A stretch of 62,267 nt of DNA, the filler included, from Sphacelaria rigidula (Eukaryota), in the NCBI GenBank assembly GCA_964200075.2. It is 5 parts of 5 records of this genome, joined end to end, with 100 filler letters (N's around TTAATTAATTAA, not from the genome) between each part and the next. Parts side by side here need not be neighbours in the genome. Positions count along the whole stretch, not along the records: positions 24,950 to 37,322 come from CAXNAA020003842.1; positions 37,423 to 49,795 come from CAXNAA020003843.1; 3 more parts are not named here. One strand, given 5' to 3'. Shown in pieces: positions 25,583 to 39,600 of this stretch. The position numbers and the translations under genes are program-made. Below the pieces are notes generated by a model. The model did no database searches. It saw nothing but the letters and a program-made list of their open reading frames with translations, and was not told the DNA's origin. Each line of letters begins with the position of its first letter. Positions within the stretch are counted from its first letter, which is position 1.

Positions 25583-27483
25583 GTATGCACTCTGTCGTTT
25601 TGCACGTCGCTATTGCTAGTAAGGGTTGGTCGTTCTTGCTAGAGGTGTGCGTGGCAAGCCTCTGCGTTGCAACGTGCGGTGCAGTGGCCCCATGACGCAA
25701 GCTCCGTGGTGAAGTACAACAGCCTGGTTCAAACCGCGCACTGTGCTGTTCTACTGTTGTGCTTAAAGCGTCTGTCGATGCCTCTGCCGAGCTGAGAAGA
25801 ACCGGTGCGATACCCTTATGTCTGCATTGTACTGCTTGCCAGGATACGCCTTCCATTTCTCACATTAGTAGTGATTCATGTGGTGGGTGTCGCGGGGGCT
25901 CAGTACAGGTACTCTTCTGAACTCAACTGGTTCTCAGAATCTTTTTTGAAATCCTGTCGAGATGTTCCTGCTGTATTTGGACTCCCTTGATCTTCGATGC
26001 CCAAGATGGAGTTGAACATGTTTGGCGATACCGACACAATCATACTGCGCAAGCAGCGCAAACAGTAGTTTTGAAATATGGTGCACGTTTTTTTTCCTAC
26101 TGAAATGTGATGCTAGATGTGAGCGACCTCGCCATGTCCGCAGCGTACAAGTACTGGGAAACACAAATCTTGAATACCCACCGTGTGTCAGTAGATTGCC
26201 GTTTCCGGTGCACAGACTGTTGTACAAGCCTCAAGCTTCGGCAGTTGATGCCGTTGCGCTCAACGAGAGTGATTTCGTGAACAAAAGCGATATTGGGAGT
26301 GTCTTGACAAAGAAAAAAAAATAGGTGCATGTCTAAATTGAAATTCAAAGGGTGTGGTGATCGGGCCGCTGCCCTGAGTCCCAACCAAACTTCGTCCGAT
26401 TTTCAGAGGCCTAGGACGATCAGGGTCTGCCTTCGAGAACTACTGCTTTTCGATCGAATATCGATTAAAAATAGATGCGGTGTTGTGACTGGATTGCAGC
26501 CGTCAATCGCGACGCAACTGATCTCAAATATTCGAGCCCCTTGAAGATGCCGACACTTCCCCAAGATCGAAAAGCTTAACGCTGTTTATCAAAAGGCGAT
26601 GTGACGAGGGTCGAAGACGAACATAGAGAAAAGCATCGCAGCGCGTCACGGAAGATTTAGAAATGCAACGTATGCCTCTAGTCTCAGAAATGAAACGTCG
26701 CGTCCAGGCGCTCACAGTAGAACGCGCACGCATCCACATATGGCCTGCTCCACTAGAATACAAGGTATTTCGATGGAATGCGCCTGTTTGCGTATTAGGC
26801 CATTACGGTATAGCATTGCCAGTTTGTAGACTTTCCGCCTTAAGAGTGTGCACTTGTCACCATTTGTACTGTGGCAGTTTCTCGACACCAATCATTGCAA
26901 ACTCCTTTCTGGACTAATCGAAACCCTAACAAGCGCATCATACGTGGTGGAGTATGAGCTATCATGCGGGCTAGCGAGCACGGCTTGGGGTGTAGTGCAG
27001 CTCCCTCGGTGAGCGCTTGAAGCCCTTGGATCGGCCATGCTTCATCAGCTGTTGGCCATCATGCGCCCAAGTATAGTCTACCTCTCGAAAAATTCCGCTG
27101 CGAGTGCCGGATTCCGTTGCAACATCGAATATTGAAATCCGAGTTCGATTTCGTTTCTGTCAACCCATGCGGAACTCTCCTTTCCATCACACGGTCAAGC
27201 GCCTCACTATTCAAAACTGCCCACGATTGCGAAAGGACAAAGAAATAACTACGACTTCCGATGCGCACGAACCACGCACCCCGCTGTGATCCGGGCGGTG
27301 TTCGCAATAGTAGCAAGCTCCGGGCGAGGCTTGTTCAGTTGTTTGCATGTAGGAGTAACGCCAGTTGCAGCTCGTCACGCTTGTGCATGGCCCTTAGCAC
27401 GGCCACGTCATACACCATGGCATGCAAAATGGTAAAGCCCTCTGCCCTAACGTTTATCCCGTATCGTACTATGCATGATGGCG

Positions 27484-29292
27484 CATGTCGGACAGATCAG
27501 CTCCCTGTAGCTCGAGGTAGCTTTTTTTCGCGTAGCTCCCTCGTGAACTATGAGAGCTACATGAAGTACGCATATAATTCCTGGATGAGCTAAAAGAGCA
27601 ACATGAGCTACGCATGTTTGCCTCAGGTGAGCTACCAACGCGTAGCTCATCAGCTCATTTTCACCGTGGGTGAGCTAGAGAGCTGCATGAGCTACGCATG
27701 TTTGCCACTGGTGAGCTACCAACCCGCAGCTCATCAGCTCATATTTGCGGTGGGTGAGCTATGAGATCTGCATGAGCTACGCAGGTTTGCCCTAGGTGAG
27801 CTACCAACCCGTACCTCATCAGCTCACATTCGCCCTCGGTGAGCCATGAGAGCTGAATGGGCTTCGCACGTTTGTCCTGTATGAGCTATGACAGCTACGT
27901 GAACTGCGTATGTTTGCCCCAGATGAGCTATGACAGCTACGTGAGCTACGCAATTGCCCCGGGTGAGCTACTGGACGTAGCTTATCCGCGCATGTTTACT
28001 CTGAGTAAGCTGTGCAAGCTACATCAGCTACACATGTTTGCCCTGGTTGAGTTAAAGGGCCACGGGAGCTACGCTGATTTTGGAACTGTCTTTGTTCCGA
28101 TGTCCATGCGCATTAATACGTGAAAACGGTTACATGTGTACACACCTGTGTTCCGTTTTGTGCAGTGATGAATTTGCTGTATGTAAACATCAACATGACC
28201 GCAGCAGAAGCTATTCCCACCGTAGCCACTACACACACACGCACAAACACACACACACACACAACCCGCCCTACAGGGCGACCGCCAGGGGCACAGCTCT
28301 AGCGGCGCTTCAGTCGGAAATGATGCAGTGGATCTGGATCCTCCGCAACAGGTGATCGATGTGGAGGAAGAAGTGCACACACATACAATATTTAATTGCT
28401 TAACCCTATGATCGCCAGGGGAGGCGATCTGTTGAATCATCATCATTGACACCCCAAAAATGTGAATCATACTGATCTCGCTGATCACCTACGCTCGCGG
28501 TCGAAGGGTTACCTTTTTTTGAGACGAGCATAGATCATCCGTTGAACCGGCTTCAATTTTACTCGAAAAATTGCGCATAATCAGATTGACCCGTACCCTC
28601 GCGGCCAAGCGGTCAAAAGCAATGAATAGGTCGATTATTGAAGACACCGTATCTTGATGATGCTTTGAATCATTCGACCATGCGAGCGAGGATTCGTGTT
28701 GAGCTCTTTTGTTCCCACCGCGAAGAGCGAGGCAGAAAACCTCAATATAATGATATGCTTCGCCATCCATTCGAACGAGAATGTAACATCATGAGCGACA
28801 CTGGCTTTGTCAGCGGTGAGCTAGGCACATGGCGTGAATGAGCAATAAGCATGTGTTCCCGGGGTGAGCTACCGAGTGTAGCTCATCCATTCATGTTTCC
28901 CTTGCGTGAGCTATAAATGCGTGAGCCACACGTGTTTGCCTTGAGTGAGCTATCGAGTGTAGCTCATCCGTAGATGTTTGCCCTTGGTGAGCAACAAGAG
29001 CTGCGAGAGCCACACATGATTTTCCTGGGTGAGCTATGAGAGCTACATGAGCTACGCATGTTTGCCCTAGGTGAGCTACCGACCCGTAGCTCATCAGCTC
29101 ATATTCACCGTGAGTGAGCTATGTGAACTACGTGAGCTACGCTTTTTTGTCCTGGGTGAGCTACCAACCCGTAGCTCGTCAGCGCACGTTTACCGTGGGT
29201 GAGCTATCGGACGTAGCTCGCATGTACATGTTCGGCTACAAGTTAGCTACAGCTCGCAGATGAGCCTCGTAGCTTGTGAGCTGTCCGACGTG
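27484..29292. mobile_element. TIR-bounded element built from GAGCTA/TAGCTC minisatellite arrays, in TRS120 intron 1
   Basis: Termini CATGTCGGACAG / CTGTCCGACGTG; arrays of about 85-bp units at about 27500-28075 and 28810-29285; flanked by TGCATGATGGCG / TGCATGATAGCA. Confidence 0.6.
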
Positions 29293-32200
29293 TGCATGAT
29301 AGCAATGACCATGTAAGCAAACGTCCCACTCTCCGAGCTCGCAATGCACCCCAAGCACGCCCCGTTGTACGGGCTGCGGCCTATTGTCACATGTATATGG
29401 ACCGCAAAGAGCCATGTTCTACTCTTTCTCCGCATGCAGCAGAACCAGGTGGGTCAACGGCCAATCTTGTGTTTGGACCTGGCATGCTCCTCGGTTTTCA
29501 TGAAATACATCCTGTTCATGCTGCGAGTCATGCGGGTGTTTCGCACATCAATACCCGCTCGCCGAAAGTGATTGTAGGCTTCGACGGCGAGAAAACTTCT
29601 GCTAGGCTTCATATATCCCGCTGTGCGCGAAGACGTTGTTGATTGTGCAATTTACTGCATCCTCCAGCCAGAGATGGGGTCGCCGTCGATGGCATGCTCC
29701 CCGAAATATAAGTAAATCTGGGAAAAGGGATACGTGTCAAAGTAAAATCGCACTTGGCCCAGCTCACGGCGGCGGCACATGTGAGGGTACCAGAAGACAC
29801 CGAGGCACCACCCCTAGTACAGCACCGCACCACTTTCAGGTTTCATTTGTTGCCGCCGTACAGTGCGTGAAAGGCGATAGTACTGCGTGTTGTGTGCTGT
29901 CTGTAGCTCTCCGCCCTGACCTTCGTTGCACTTGCGTGCATGTCCAGCACAAGAGACAGCGAAGTGATCAACCATGCGTGCCATTTCCGAACATTCCGTG
30001 GGTGTGCGGGTCTGACAACCCAGAAGTTGGGTGAAAGTACAGGATAATTTATATGTTTGGGAACGTATTGCCCGTACCTGAATGACAACCGTCAGTTCAT
30101 CATCGTCAGCCTAGGGTGAAGACGACCTTTCGCAACAATTGACTAAAATAGACTCATCGGACGCTGCTGGTCACAAACCTTCATGCAAATGACCGAATGA
30201 CGGGGACCAAGACCGCCAACATGGAGCAGGTTCGTCACATCAATTTCATCATCAGTCTTCTCTTATTGCTGGAGGATGAACAAGCCTATGGAGACGTACG
30301 AGCACTAGCAGCGATAAATTCAAGTCTGCAGTTCTGGCGAGGAATTTCACCACGAAGTTTCATCATTCATGCGTCATAGTTTCGCTGTTTGCTTTCATGT
30401 GTATGTCAAATACACACACATATATAATATACACAGTAGGTATATGTACATGTATCATTTGGCATTTTTCACCACTTTTGCCGAGTGTTCTCTGGCTGCA
30501 AGGCATCTTAGCCCGAGCTTTCTTTTGCAGTGCACGAAGGAGGGTCAGCGGTACATTACAGTTCAGGTTTGGGTTTCATCTGATACCTGTGGCGCGTGTT
30601 CTTGCCATCAAAAGCCGCCCTCACTGGCTCTTTTTCGCGGGGTGTTGATCCCGAACCACAAAAGCCTCTTCGAGATCGTGGAAAACTTCAAACAACCACA
30701 TAAGCCCGCTCATGGCGGGGTATTTTTCACCGTGATTTTCTTTGCGTTCTCGATGATTTGGGAACACGAAGACAGTGGTTATGCAGCGAATGTCACGAGA
30801 ACATGAGGGCAAAGCAGTTGAAAACAGCTGGACATTGCCTTGACTTAGTCAGTAGCAAACACAAGTCGAATGATGTGAGATCCCTGATCCTTTAGTTTTG
30901 ACGTGAAGTCTCGAACACCGTCATATCTGCGTAATATGTGCCCCAATTATGCGAACGTATCAATCCACAAAAAAAGCATTGTGAAGAACACTGAAGAATG
31001 CGTAAATAGGTATTAGAGGACGGGGTCGCAGTCACAGCTGCAGCAGGGGAAGTCGCTGATGGCCCGGTGTGCATTGATACGGTGGATACCCACGGTGCGT
31101 GGCATTTTATTTTTTCAACACCCTACTGTATGGTGACGGCTAGATAGAGTGGGTACAGTGACAGTTGATCACGCAGGCTTCGACGGATCCTGCCGGCCTC
31201 ATCATCAATCTTTGCCCAGTTATGGACGAACGCCTGAAAAAAACCAGCCAACAAGCATTGTTTAGGGTCCGCTGTATATGTGAGGGTTGGGAGCTGAACA
31301 TTTCCGCTTCAAAAATCTCGACAATCGAAGATTAAGCTCCTATCGCGCGACCGGTGGGTAGTGCCGCGGACCCTTGCCGGCGTACCTGGCACTCGGGGGG
31401 ATATCCCGGTACAGGTAGTCCCATCACTACCGGGACGACCGTGCATAGGCCGGCATCCGGAATGGCCGTTGCACTGGTGTTCTTCTAGCGTTAACAACTT
31501 AGAGTACGGCCGCACAAGCTTTGCACGAGAATATTTCGGTGATTGCCTCAATTCCACGTCGGCCATGTTCTGTGGACTATTTGATTATTTCACGATCTCA
31601 CCGCCTGATATGTATGGAAATGTATTGCACCCTGGACAAGAGCTTTCTACAGTCAGTATACAATTTAAAAACATGTACTGTGCACAGAATAGAAGCTATT
31701 GCCTTCTGCGACGTGCGCAATACTCGTACAAAAGCGGGAACTGCGCGCAGTATGACTTCAAGACAGTGTAGAAATTTCCACGCGGTATGAATTGTTACAG
31801 CCGGCTTGCGCGCTATAGCGACTGTGTTACCATCCGCTCAAGATACAGACAGGAGTATTAGCGGTAGAGGCGGCCTATTACTCTTGCGTGCGCCACCTAG
31901 GGCAAATGCACACTTGACTGCAACACCGACCGCTGTACTAGATGCGGCAGAGCAAGGGGTGGTACACGTACACACAGACAGCAAGCAATATCGTACATCT
32001 ATACTGTATACAAGTGTGATTTGAAATCCGTGCGCGCGGAGTAGGGCCGGCATTTAGAGAACCCTGCACAAGTTCGCCGTGTGCTACCGGGACGCGATCT
32101 TAGTTCAGTAGCGATCACTTGCGGTATGTGCTGTGACGGGTCTCGTGCGTGATGGTGTTTTTTCCACCTCGGCACACCGCCCGTGAAGCGAGCTCTTCAT

Positions 32201-32454
32201 GCTAGAAGTGTCCACCGCTCTTTCTGCCACTCTTGGTCAGAGACACTCGAAACTGCGGAATGTGACAGTACGAGTATCTACTGGAAGGTACATATTCTCT
32301 CACACAATTGCCTCCATAATATTGAAAAGGAATAACGCTGCTTTACTTTCGACTTGCGTCACCCCCGGGCGGCCAGTATCAACCTCCCGAAGGGGAACCT
32401 TGTATATATATATATATATATATTCAAAGTTTCACATAAACGACAAATATGGCA

Positions 32455-33006
32455 CAGTTATGGGCGCGCCTGACCCCCCAAACTGGGCAAAAGAAGTGTC
32501 ACCGACCAAAGCCATGTCGTGACAACCGGCGAGGGTTGGAGGTGCTGGTTTGCGCCCGTAGCCCAAACGTTTGCCCCCATTACTCATCGCCAAGGCCATC
32601 GATTGGGATGCGATTTTTTGCATCATCTGCGCCAAGACGGCAGCTACAAATTCGGTGGTCGATTTTTTTCATCTCATCGGGATTCGAGTTTTATAACAAA
32701 TTAAGTGAAAAAACATGGGTTTTTTGCGATTTTCTCGATCACCAGAACTCCTTTGGTTCCACAATCTTTCCAGATTGTAGCTTGGACAAATACATGTCGG
32801 TGAGTAGCCTAGGCACGCCGTGGTTCGTAGCCCAGGACAAGGAAAATGAGAAATCATCGAGTTGAAACCCTACTCAAATCACAGGTACTTGGGGGGATTT
32901 TACCGCGTGCATAATCAGGGGATGAACGAGATCTCCGGTCTGTTCGTGCTTTTGGTCGGTGACACTTTTTTGGCTCATTTTGGAGGGTCAGGCGCGCCGA
33001 TAACAG
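32455..33006. mobile_element. About 550-bp MITE with long TIRs
   Basis: CAGTTATGGGCGCGCCTGACCCCCCAAA...AAGTGTCACCGACCAAAGC pairs with GCTTTTGGTCGGTGACACTT...GGAGGGTCAGGCGCGCCGATAACAG. Confidence 0.7.
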
Positions 33007-33939
33007 TATCATGTATCACTGTTCTCTGAGACCCTTCCAAGCGAAGGCCTATTTCTTTGTCGGAGTTGAAAAATACAAAATATGGTTCGCAGAACTACTT
33101 CCGCCGAAAACAAATTGTCGAAAAAAGATCGCTGCCCAAATTTTCCCTCGAGTATTGTTTTAGGGCTATGAGAAGCGACCTCATACGCGAGATAGCAATC
33201 ACGCTGCTTTTTGTAGTCTGGAAAGAATCGACTCTGAAGATGTTCTGGCGTTTCTCGTCGAGTTGCTCTGAAAAATCCTCCGAGATAATGAAGTCGCGCC
33301 AAAGAGGTGTTGTTACCACCCCGTCTCGTCGAGAAAAGCACACTGTTTCGAGACAGAAGGAACCCCGTCAAAAACAGGGAACCACCAGCCTGAAGCCGTG
33401 GTCGCATGGTCGCATGGTCGCATGGTCGCGTCCATGTTGGTAGATCCCTCCTAGTTTTCGGGCCCATATTTTCTCATATTTACACCATTTTGAATATTTT
33501 GTACATGAAAAGTTAGGTAAGGATCCTATACTATGATCAAGTAATTGGATCTAATCTGAGGTGTTCTGAAGTTGATCTGAGTGACCTAAAGTAAATCATT
33601 CCGAGATCTGTGGTCTCAGACCAGCACGTTGCTGGAAAGTGATTTATGTGGAGGTGGGTTTACGTGAGCTCGTCAAAGTTGACACACTTCCGGATTTGCT
33701 GAACTGCACATCCTAAATCCCAATCTTTGATCGAATCCCTGCCCCACGAAGACCGATGACTTTCAGGCAACGGGCGTGCATAGGACTCCTTAAGCAAAGT
33801 GCGCTTCGGCAAATGGGCGTGTTCAGCACGTTCACAAGGGCATCAGACTACTGACCCCTCGGGATTCGAGTCTCAGCGCCCAAACTGCTGTAGGTCCTGC
33901 AGGCTGGTTCACGGTAGACCCCCCAAAACGCTCATCGGC

Positions 33940-34224
33940 AAAACTTCACGCCGTTTTAAGGAGTTAGACCCTGAAATTTTGCACAGGTGTTCTATGGATC
34001 ATTACGCAACTTTGTAGGGACTAGCTTTTTCTTACTTTTTTACTTTTTAAACCATTTTTCCGGGGTCCCAGTTTTTCCGGGAAAACTTCGATCCACTCGG
34101 ACCCCCGTAAAACGGTATAAAACAAAAAAATCGAAAACCTCGTCGATGCGAAGTTGCGTAATAACCCATTGCACACCTGTGCAAAATTTCAGGGTCTAAC
34201 TCCTTGAAACGGCGTGAAGTTTTT
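33940..34224. mobile_element. Foldback repeat, with further diverged arm copies to about 34870
   Basis: AAAACTTCACGCCGTTTTAAGGAGTTAGACCCTGAAATTTTGCACAGGTG is inverted at about 34175-34224; a related arm lies at about 34545-34625. Confidence 0.7.
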
Positions 34225-36153
34225 CGCGTTCGTGCGATGAACCTTGCCGTTCCATGTTGAAACGGCAAACTACTGGACTTTAGTATGAAAATGGCGTTTT
34301 TGGCCTTTTTCGACGTGAACATGAAAAGTCAAGCACCAGTTGATCGAGTTTGGCCACGAAACCTTTGTGGGGTTCTTCCTTGGGTTTTGCGGCCGCAGAG
34401 CGTTCGCGAAAAAAATAAAAAGAAGAATGTAGTGCCTGTATTCCAGGGTCCCAGAATGAATGACTTCGAGAAAACGACTAGGATCCCGTCGGACCCCCAA
34501 AAAACGGTAAAGAAATCAAGAATTAGCAAAAACTTGCTGATATAAACTTGCGTAATGATTCAAAGCACATTTGTGCAAAGTTTCAGGGTCTAACTCCTAG
34601 TCAATACGTGAAGATTTGCGCGTTTGTGCGAGGATGTGAGCGTAAAACCTGTAAACTCTCAACTACTTGGTTTGAATATAAAACATCTTCGAGGGTGAAT
34701 TTCACGTCAAGGCAGGAAGAAGTGTATGAGATTTTTCACTCTCTCCACCAAACTTCGTACATGTGTTCCTTGGACCATCCCGGGACGCATCATGCTATTA
34801 TCTTTTCTTTTGAGTCATTCTGTACCGCCTTTCGGGGTCTTTGTACTGGGACCCCCGGAAACCGGTAGAGAACGGAAAAAACTTTGAACCCTCGCCAAGA
34901 GCACATTTTTTCCATTTGGAGCATCAATATCTACGAAGCTGCCAAGTTTGAGGATGATCAGAGCTTTCTATAACAGATAAAAGGGAAACCGTCACGAGAC
35001 TCCCTGGGTCTTTCCTGCGTATCATGAGGGGAAATTAGAAATTGGACGACGCCAAACTCCACATCACCGAAGCATTACGGTTTCGGGTATAATTCGACCC
35101 CGTTGGAATCGTTTTCATATTCTATTCTCCCGTTAAATTTTGAGGTGATGGCGGTCACTACGATCTGAAGCATGTGGAGATTCGGTGGAAATTGGGCTGA
35201 AAATACGTATTTTCGATTTCGGAACAGTTTCAAAGGCGCTGATTGGTCGAGGCACATTTTTGTCCATAGCGCCACCGCTGTAGCCTTGGAGAAAAAAATC
35301 CGGCTATGCCACCCTCTTCGTCTGTTCATTGCGGTCAGTGTGATACCATGTATGCGAATATTAGGTGCGTATTGCAGAAGGCATTTGCTGATGACAGAAT
35401 TTGTTTTTTTTTCCCGTGAACCAGCCTGTAGCTGATAAAAAAATGATGGACTGCTTTGACAAGGAGGTCGTGTAGACCCCTCACACGTCCGACAGCTTGT
35501 GAGCCACCTCAATGTTGATTCTTATCAGTGGACTGATGCGGATCATGGGCTATTTATCGCTGATTTGACCGCTGTTCCCATTTTTTTCTCTCGCAGCGCT
35601 GGACGCCGAGCAGCTGGTATAGCGCAAAGGTTTCGCTTTGGCTTTGTTTAACCCCGCGGTCACGTGTTTTGTGAAGTTGGACCGACGTATCTGACAATCC
35701 TTTCTGATTACTTCAATTTTGGTAGCTCATGGGCTGTCCGACGTATAAAGCCCTTCTGCCACAGCAGGTGATGTGCACTCCCCTCCCCTCTAAGAAACAA
35801 ACCGGGAAGACCGGACGAAACCTCATTTGCACATGTTGCGTACAAAAAGTGCAGAAATGTGCAGCACACAGAACGCCAGTCCTCCCTCCAGTAGGCCGTA
35901 CGAGACGGTTCAGTCGTTCCAAAGCGTGTCAAACCATTGCACCCTGAACAGTAGAAACATTCGCGAAATGCCTACTGCGGACACTATCGAATCTATCGTT
36001 TGTTGCATTAGACATTGGATCCGATTCTGTACGCAGTAGCCTTTTGCCAATGTGGTCTACTGTGCAGGATGTGCGAATCATATTTTTCCATTTTTTTACT
36101 GACGACCGCGCGTGAATCCAACCTCCCGCTGAAGCACACATATATTGTCGTTA

Positions 36154-36421
36154 CTTCTTTATTTGTTTGTCGCACTTTGAACCCCTCCCCTTCCTCGAGA
36201 CGAGTACGTGGTCTCCAGGGATCTCGCGGATTGGGTCATCCTGCCCGCACCGCGTCAACCAACGTCAAACAAATTCGGTCAAGTACTTTGTTTACTCACG
36301 CTCTCACGCTTTCCACGGTGGAAATCAGATACTACGAAGGCAAAACCCAACGCATCGGGATTCGAACCCTCGTTCTCCCCACCCTAATGGCGACAGTCGG
36401 ACCATTACACCACCAGGGCGC
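36154..36421 (-). mobile_element. tRNA-derived SINE family A
   Basis: Head CGCCCTGGTGGTGTAATGGTCC...GAGGGTTCGAATCCCG (A box TGGTGTAATGG, B box GGTTCGAATCC), unique body, A-rich tail. Confidence 0.8.
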
Positions 36422-36710
36422 GGCGGTTACATAATGCCGTGTATGCTGTGTTGTTCACTCTCCGTTTGTAGGATCACAACTGCTACATTTTGAGTATATA
36501 AACTCCGCGCTCTCCTTTATTTTGCTCGGGGCAACAGGGTTCGATGCTCGTGTGTACTTAATCCGCTACCGCTGAATCCGGCGACAAGTAGAGCGGGGAA
36601 TCCCCGTCACGTACGCACAGACGGTACGACAAGCTCCACACCCACGCTCCTCCAACCCCGCACGTTGTTCCGCCGCCTCCATGTTTGTGCATGATCTCGT
36701 TTCGTGGTAG

Positions 36711-36865
36711 CACTATACCGATGCAGAACCTCACCGCCCCCGGAGACTGGAACCGTCAAAACAGCGCTCTCAAGCACTTCAACTGGTCGGAGGGGTGCTT
36801 CAGCTTCCACTTTATCGACGTCGACACCACCGACGGAGGGCCCAGCGAGTGGGAGGACTACCAGG
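36711..36865 (+). CDS. TRS120: TRAPP II complex subunit Trs120/TRAPPC9, exon 2
   Basis: GTGGTAG|C, phase 2 matching exon 1; encodes (S)TIPMQNLTAPGDWNRQNSALKHFNWSEGCFSFHFIDVDTTDGGPSEWEDYQ, with the Trs120-type W..G...F.F and S.WED(F/Y)Q motifs. The donor position is approximate. Confidence 0.85.
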
Positions 36866-37422
36866 GTGTGTTTCGACCCGTTCTAAGCTGTAGCACGCAA
36901 TTCACCATTGTACTTACTTTTCTGGGACGAAGTATTTTGTCCCCCTCGCATATTGATTTGGAAACGAAGCCTACCAACCAGCATTTGATGTCATGTATGG
37001 GCGTTCCCTTCAAAGTTTCCAGCATTTTCGAGTCGATTCCGCCCCCCCCACTAAGAAGCCGAAACAATGGTTGAAATCGAATGATGTATTTGTAGTGAAA
37101 ATTGATGGTATGTGTCTGACGGGCTCTCTGCGTGTGTGGACGGGAGGGGGCGAGATAGATGCGACCACTCTATGTCATGTGTACTATTTTTTTTCTTCGG
37201 GTGTATAGTTTCGGCGAGTCGGTCGCCCGCAAGACATCTATCGATCAGCGTTTGCTTTTACCGGGCATGTTGTGTAGCCGGCGGCCCCAGATACATTCGT
37301 GGGTCACCGATTTTTTTCCGGGNNNNNNNNNNNNNNNNNNNNNNNNNNNNNNNNNNNNNNNNNNNNTTAATTAATTAANNNNNNNNNNNNNNNNNNNNNN
37401 NNNNNNNNNNNNNNNNNNNNNN

Positions 37423-37484
<62 letters not shown>

Positions 37485-37619
37485 GTTGTTGTCGTTGTCG
37501 TTGTCGTTGTTGTTGTCGTTGTCGTTGTCGGTGTCGTTGTTGTTGTCGTTGTCGTTGTCGTTGTTGCTGCTGATGCTGCTGCTGCTGCTGATGCTGATGC
37601 TGATGCTGCTGCTGCTGCT
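37423..37619. repeat. Compound trinucleotide microsatellite (TTG)n/(TCG)/(CTG/ATG) at contig start
   Basis: Directly visible; explains the poly-L and poly-N ORFs. Confidence 0.95.
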
Positions 37620-38856
37620 CTTTCCGCCGTGCCTTTCGCTACCCTGGTTTGCTGTTGTTGTCCCGCTTGTGGTGTTGTTTTTTCTCTGGCCGCCTACTGT
37701 CGGCTGTACTTTTTTTGCTCGCTCTTTTTGCTTGGCATCGCATCGCATGTTGTTGTCATGTGCACGCGTATTTTCCGCCCTTATGTCCCCATCGTTTTGT
37801 ACCTTGCTCGGATTTGAACGCACGGTTTTCGTCATTATCGCCTGCATTGAATCGCCTTCGCCTGATCTGCACCTGACCACCTACAACATCACCGCTGTAC
37901 CTAACCAGCAATAATCCTGTTCCAGGCATTCTTCAAATTATTTCGGTATTTTTGTTGCAGTTTGAATTGGGACAATCAACCCACCATGATCAGTATGTCA
38001 CTTGTTTCCGGAGTTGCATTTTTATTGTGATCATGGGGATTTGTGAAATGCACGTGCGATAAAGTTTCAAATTCATTTCGGTCTTGTTTGTTTTCTTTTA
38101 CTTCACGTACTTACACTTTTTGCATCTCCAGGTGTCGTGTCTACCGTAACTGTCTTTTGAGGCACCCTATTATATTTTGAGCGTTTTATAACTTTCGCCG
38201 CCGTCGTCTTGCTCTCCAGAGCTGCACTACTTTTTATTACATGTCCTGTTAATTTTGTAATATGTTCTGCGCTCTTGATGTTTTACTTTTGACCGTGCGG
38301 GTGTACGCAATCCGCATGACCCTGTTTGTTGCGCTGCCTGTACTCATCATGTTGGAGCAGGAGTCCGCTTCTCGTCGTTTCATCTGCATGTACCCCCGAG
38401 ACTTCCAACGTATACTAACCGTACCCTCTTTTACTTCCGCCCTTGTTTTACCTACACTCTTGTCCTGGGTGTGTCGCATCCCGATGAGGGAGCCGGCGCT
38501 GAACGTGATTAGGCCGGGGAGGACACGCAGGAAACACTGAACGGTTTGCCAATGACGGTATGTTTCGGTGTGGAGTGCCAGTAATTTGGTTTGGTTCAGC
38601 TAACCCCGTGCACCTCTTCATAGCATTCTGGTAGCAGGGATCACCTTGGTATCACTAAACACCGGTAATCGATTGTTGTATGGTTTGTTATTCACCAAGT
38701 TGACTTCTTGACGCACCCTGTACCGTAGTTGGATATTATCTTGTCCCTTCCTGGTACCGTAGTTGGATACTATTGTGTTCACTATACTACTTTGTTCAGT
38801 TGCTTCAAACTTGGTTTTCGATATCATGCAACCACGTATCTTCCCGTGCATTAACG

Positions 38857-39246
38857 CGGAGAATTAAAATCTTCATATCCACACCAAATCTTCGAAACAT
38901 GGTCCCATTGCTTCACTTACTGATAGCTTTTGACAACTACTACACACCATAGAAATTTGGATTTCGATCACTGAAATGTTGGGGTCCTAGGTGGAAAATC
39001 AATTTCGGAACCATTTTGGCGTCCGTTCGAACACCCAGAATTCCCCGAAATTGGTTTTCCATCTAGGACCCCCAACATTTCCATGATCGAAATCCAAATT
39101 TCTATGGCATGTAGCAGTTGTCAATAGCTATCAGTAGGTGAAGAAATGGGACCATGTTTCGAAGATTTGGTGTGGATACGAAGATTTAATTCTCCGGGAT
39201 TCTCATCCCCAATAAAAAATCCATCCCCAATTTGTAAGATCCCGTG
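38857..39246. mobile_element. Palindromic foldback MITE family C, left end truncated
   Basis: Self-complementary arms (TATCCACACCAAATCTTCGAAA / TTTCGAAGATTTGGTGTGGATA); homologous to 42152-42602. Confidence 0.8.
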
Positions 39247-39429
39247 TTCATTGCCTTGTCATTACTTATTTAGTACGCAGACTTTGGTAGTTTCTCTGTT
39301 TCACCTTTTTGCCCTTAATACCCAGCGTACCATGCGAGTTGACGGCGCGACTATATATCGTGTCTTTGACGGTTCTTACAGGCCCTACATATAGTTTTCA
39401 GGCACTTATTTCACTGATGTGGTCGCTGA

Positions 39430-39600
39430 AACCCCTTGGGTGGGGGAAGCACGAGTTTCGCTTGCATACCCTTTGCCACGAACCAACGCGACCTCCCTCC
39501 AAAAAAACGCCGCACGATCAGAGAAGAAATCCACAAGCTTCTTGACCGAGGTGTTGCTCGCCCCTCAACTTTCCCCTGCAACGTTTGTCGACTACACGAT
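39430..39600 (+). mobile_element. Gypsy-like reverse transcriptase N-terminal relic
   Basis: RRTIREEIHKLLDRGVARPST resembles the Gypsy pre-RT motif I.EEV.KLL..G.I.PS.SP. Confidence 0.5.

Noticed and set aside
36340-36421. Functional tRNA gene
   Set aside because: A and B boxes are present, but I see no clean cloverleaf, and the sequence continues into a repeated SINE body.
37371-37914. Poly-Asn and poly-Leu ORFs
   Set aside because: Products of a trinucleotide microsatellite at a contig end.
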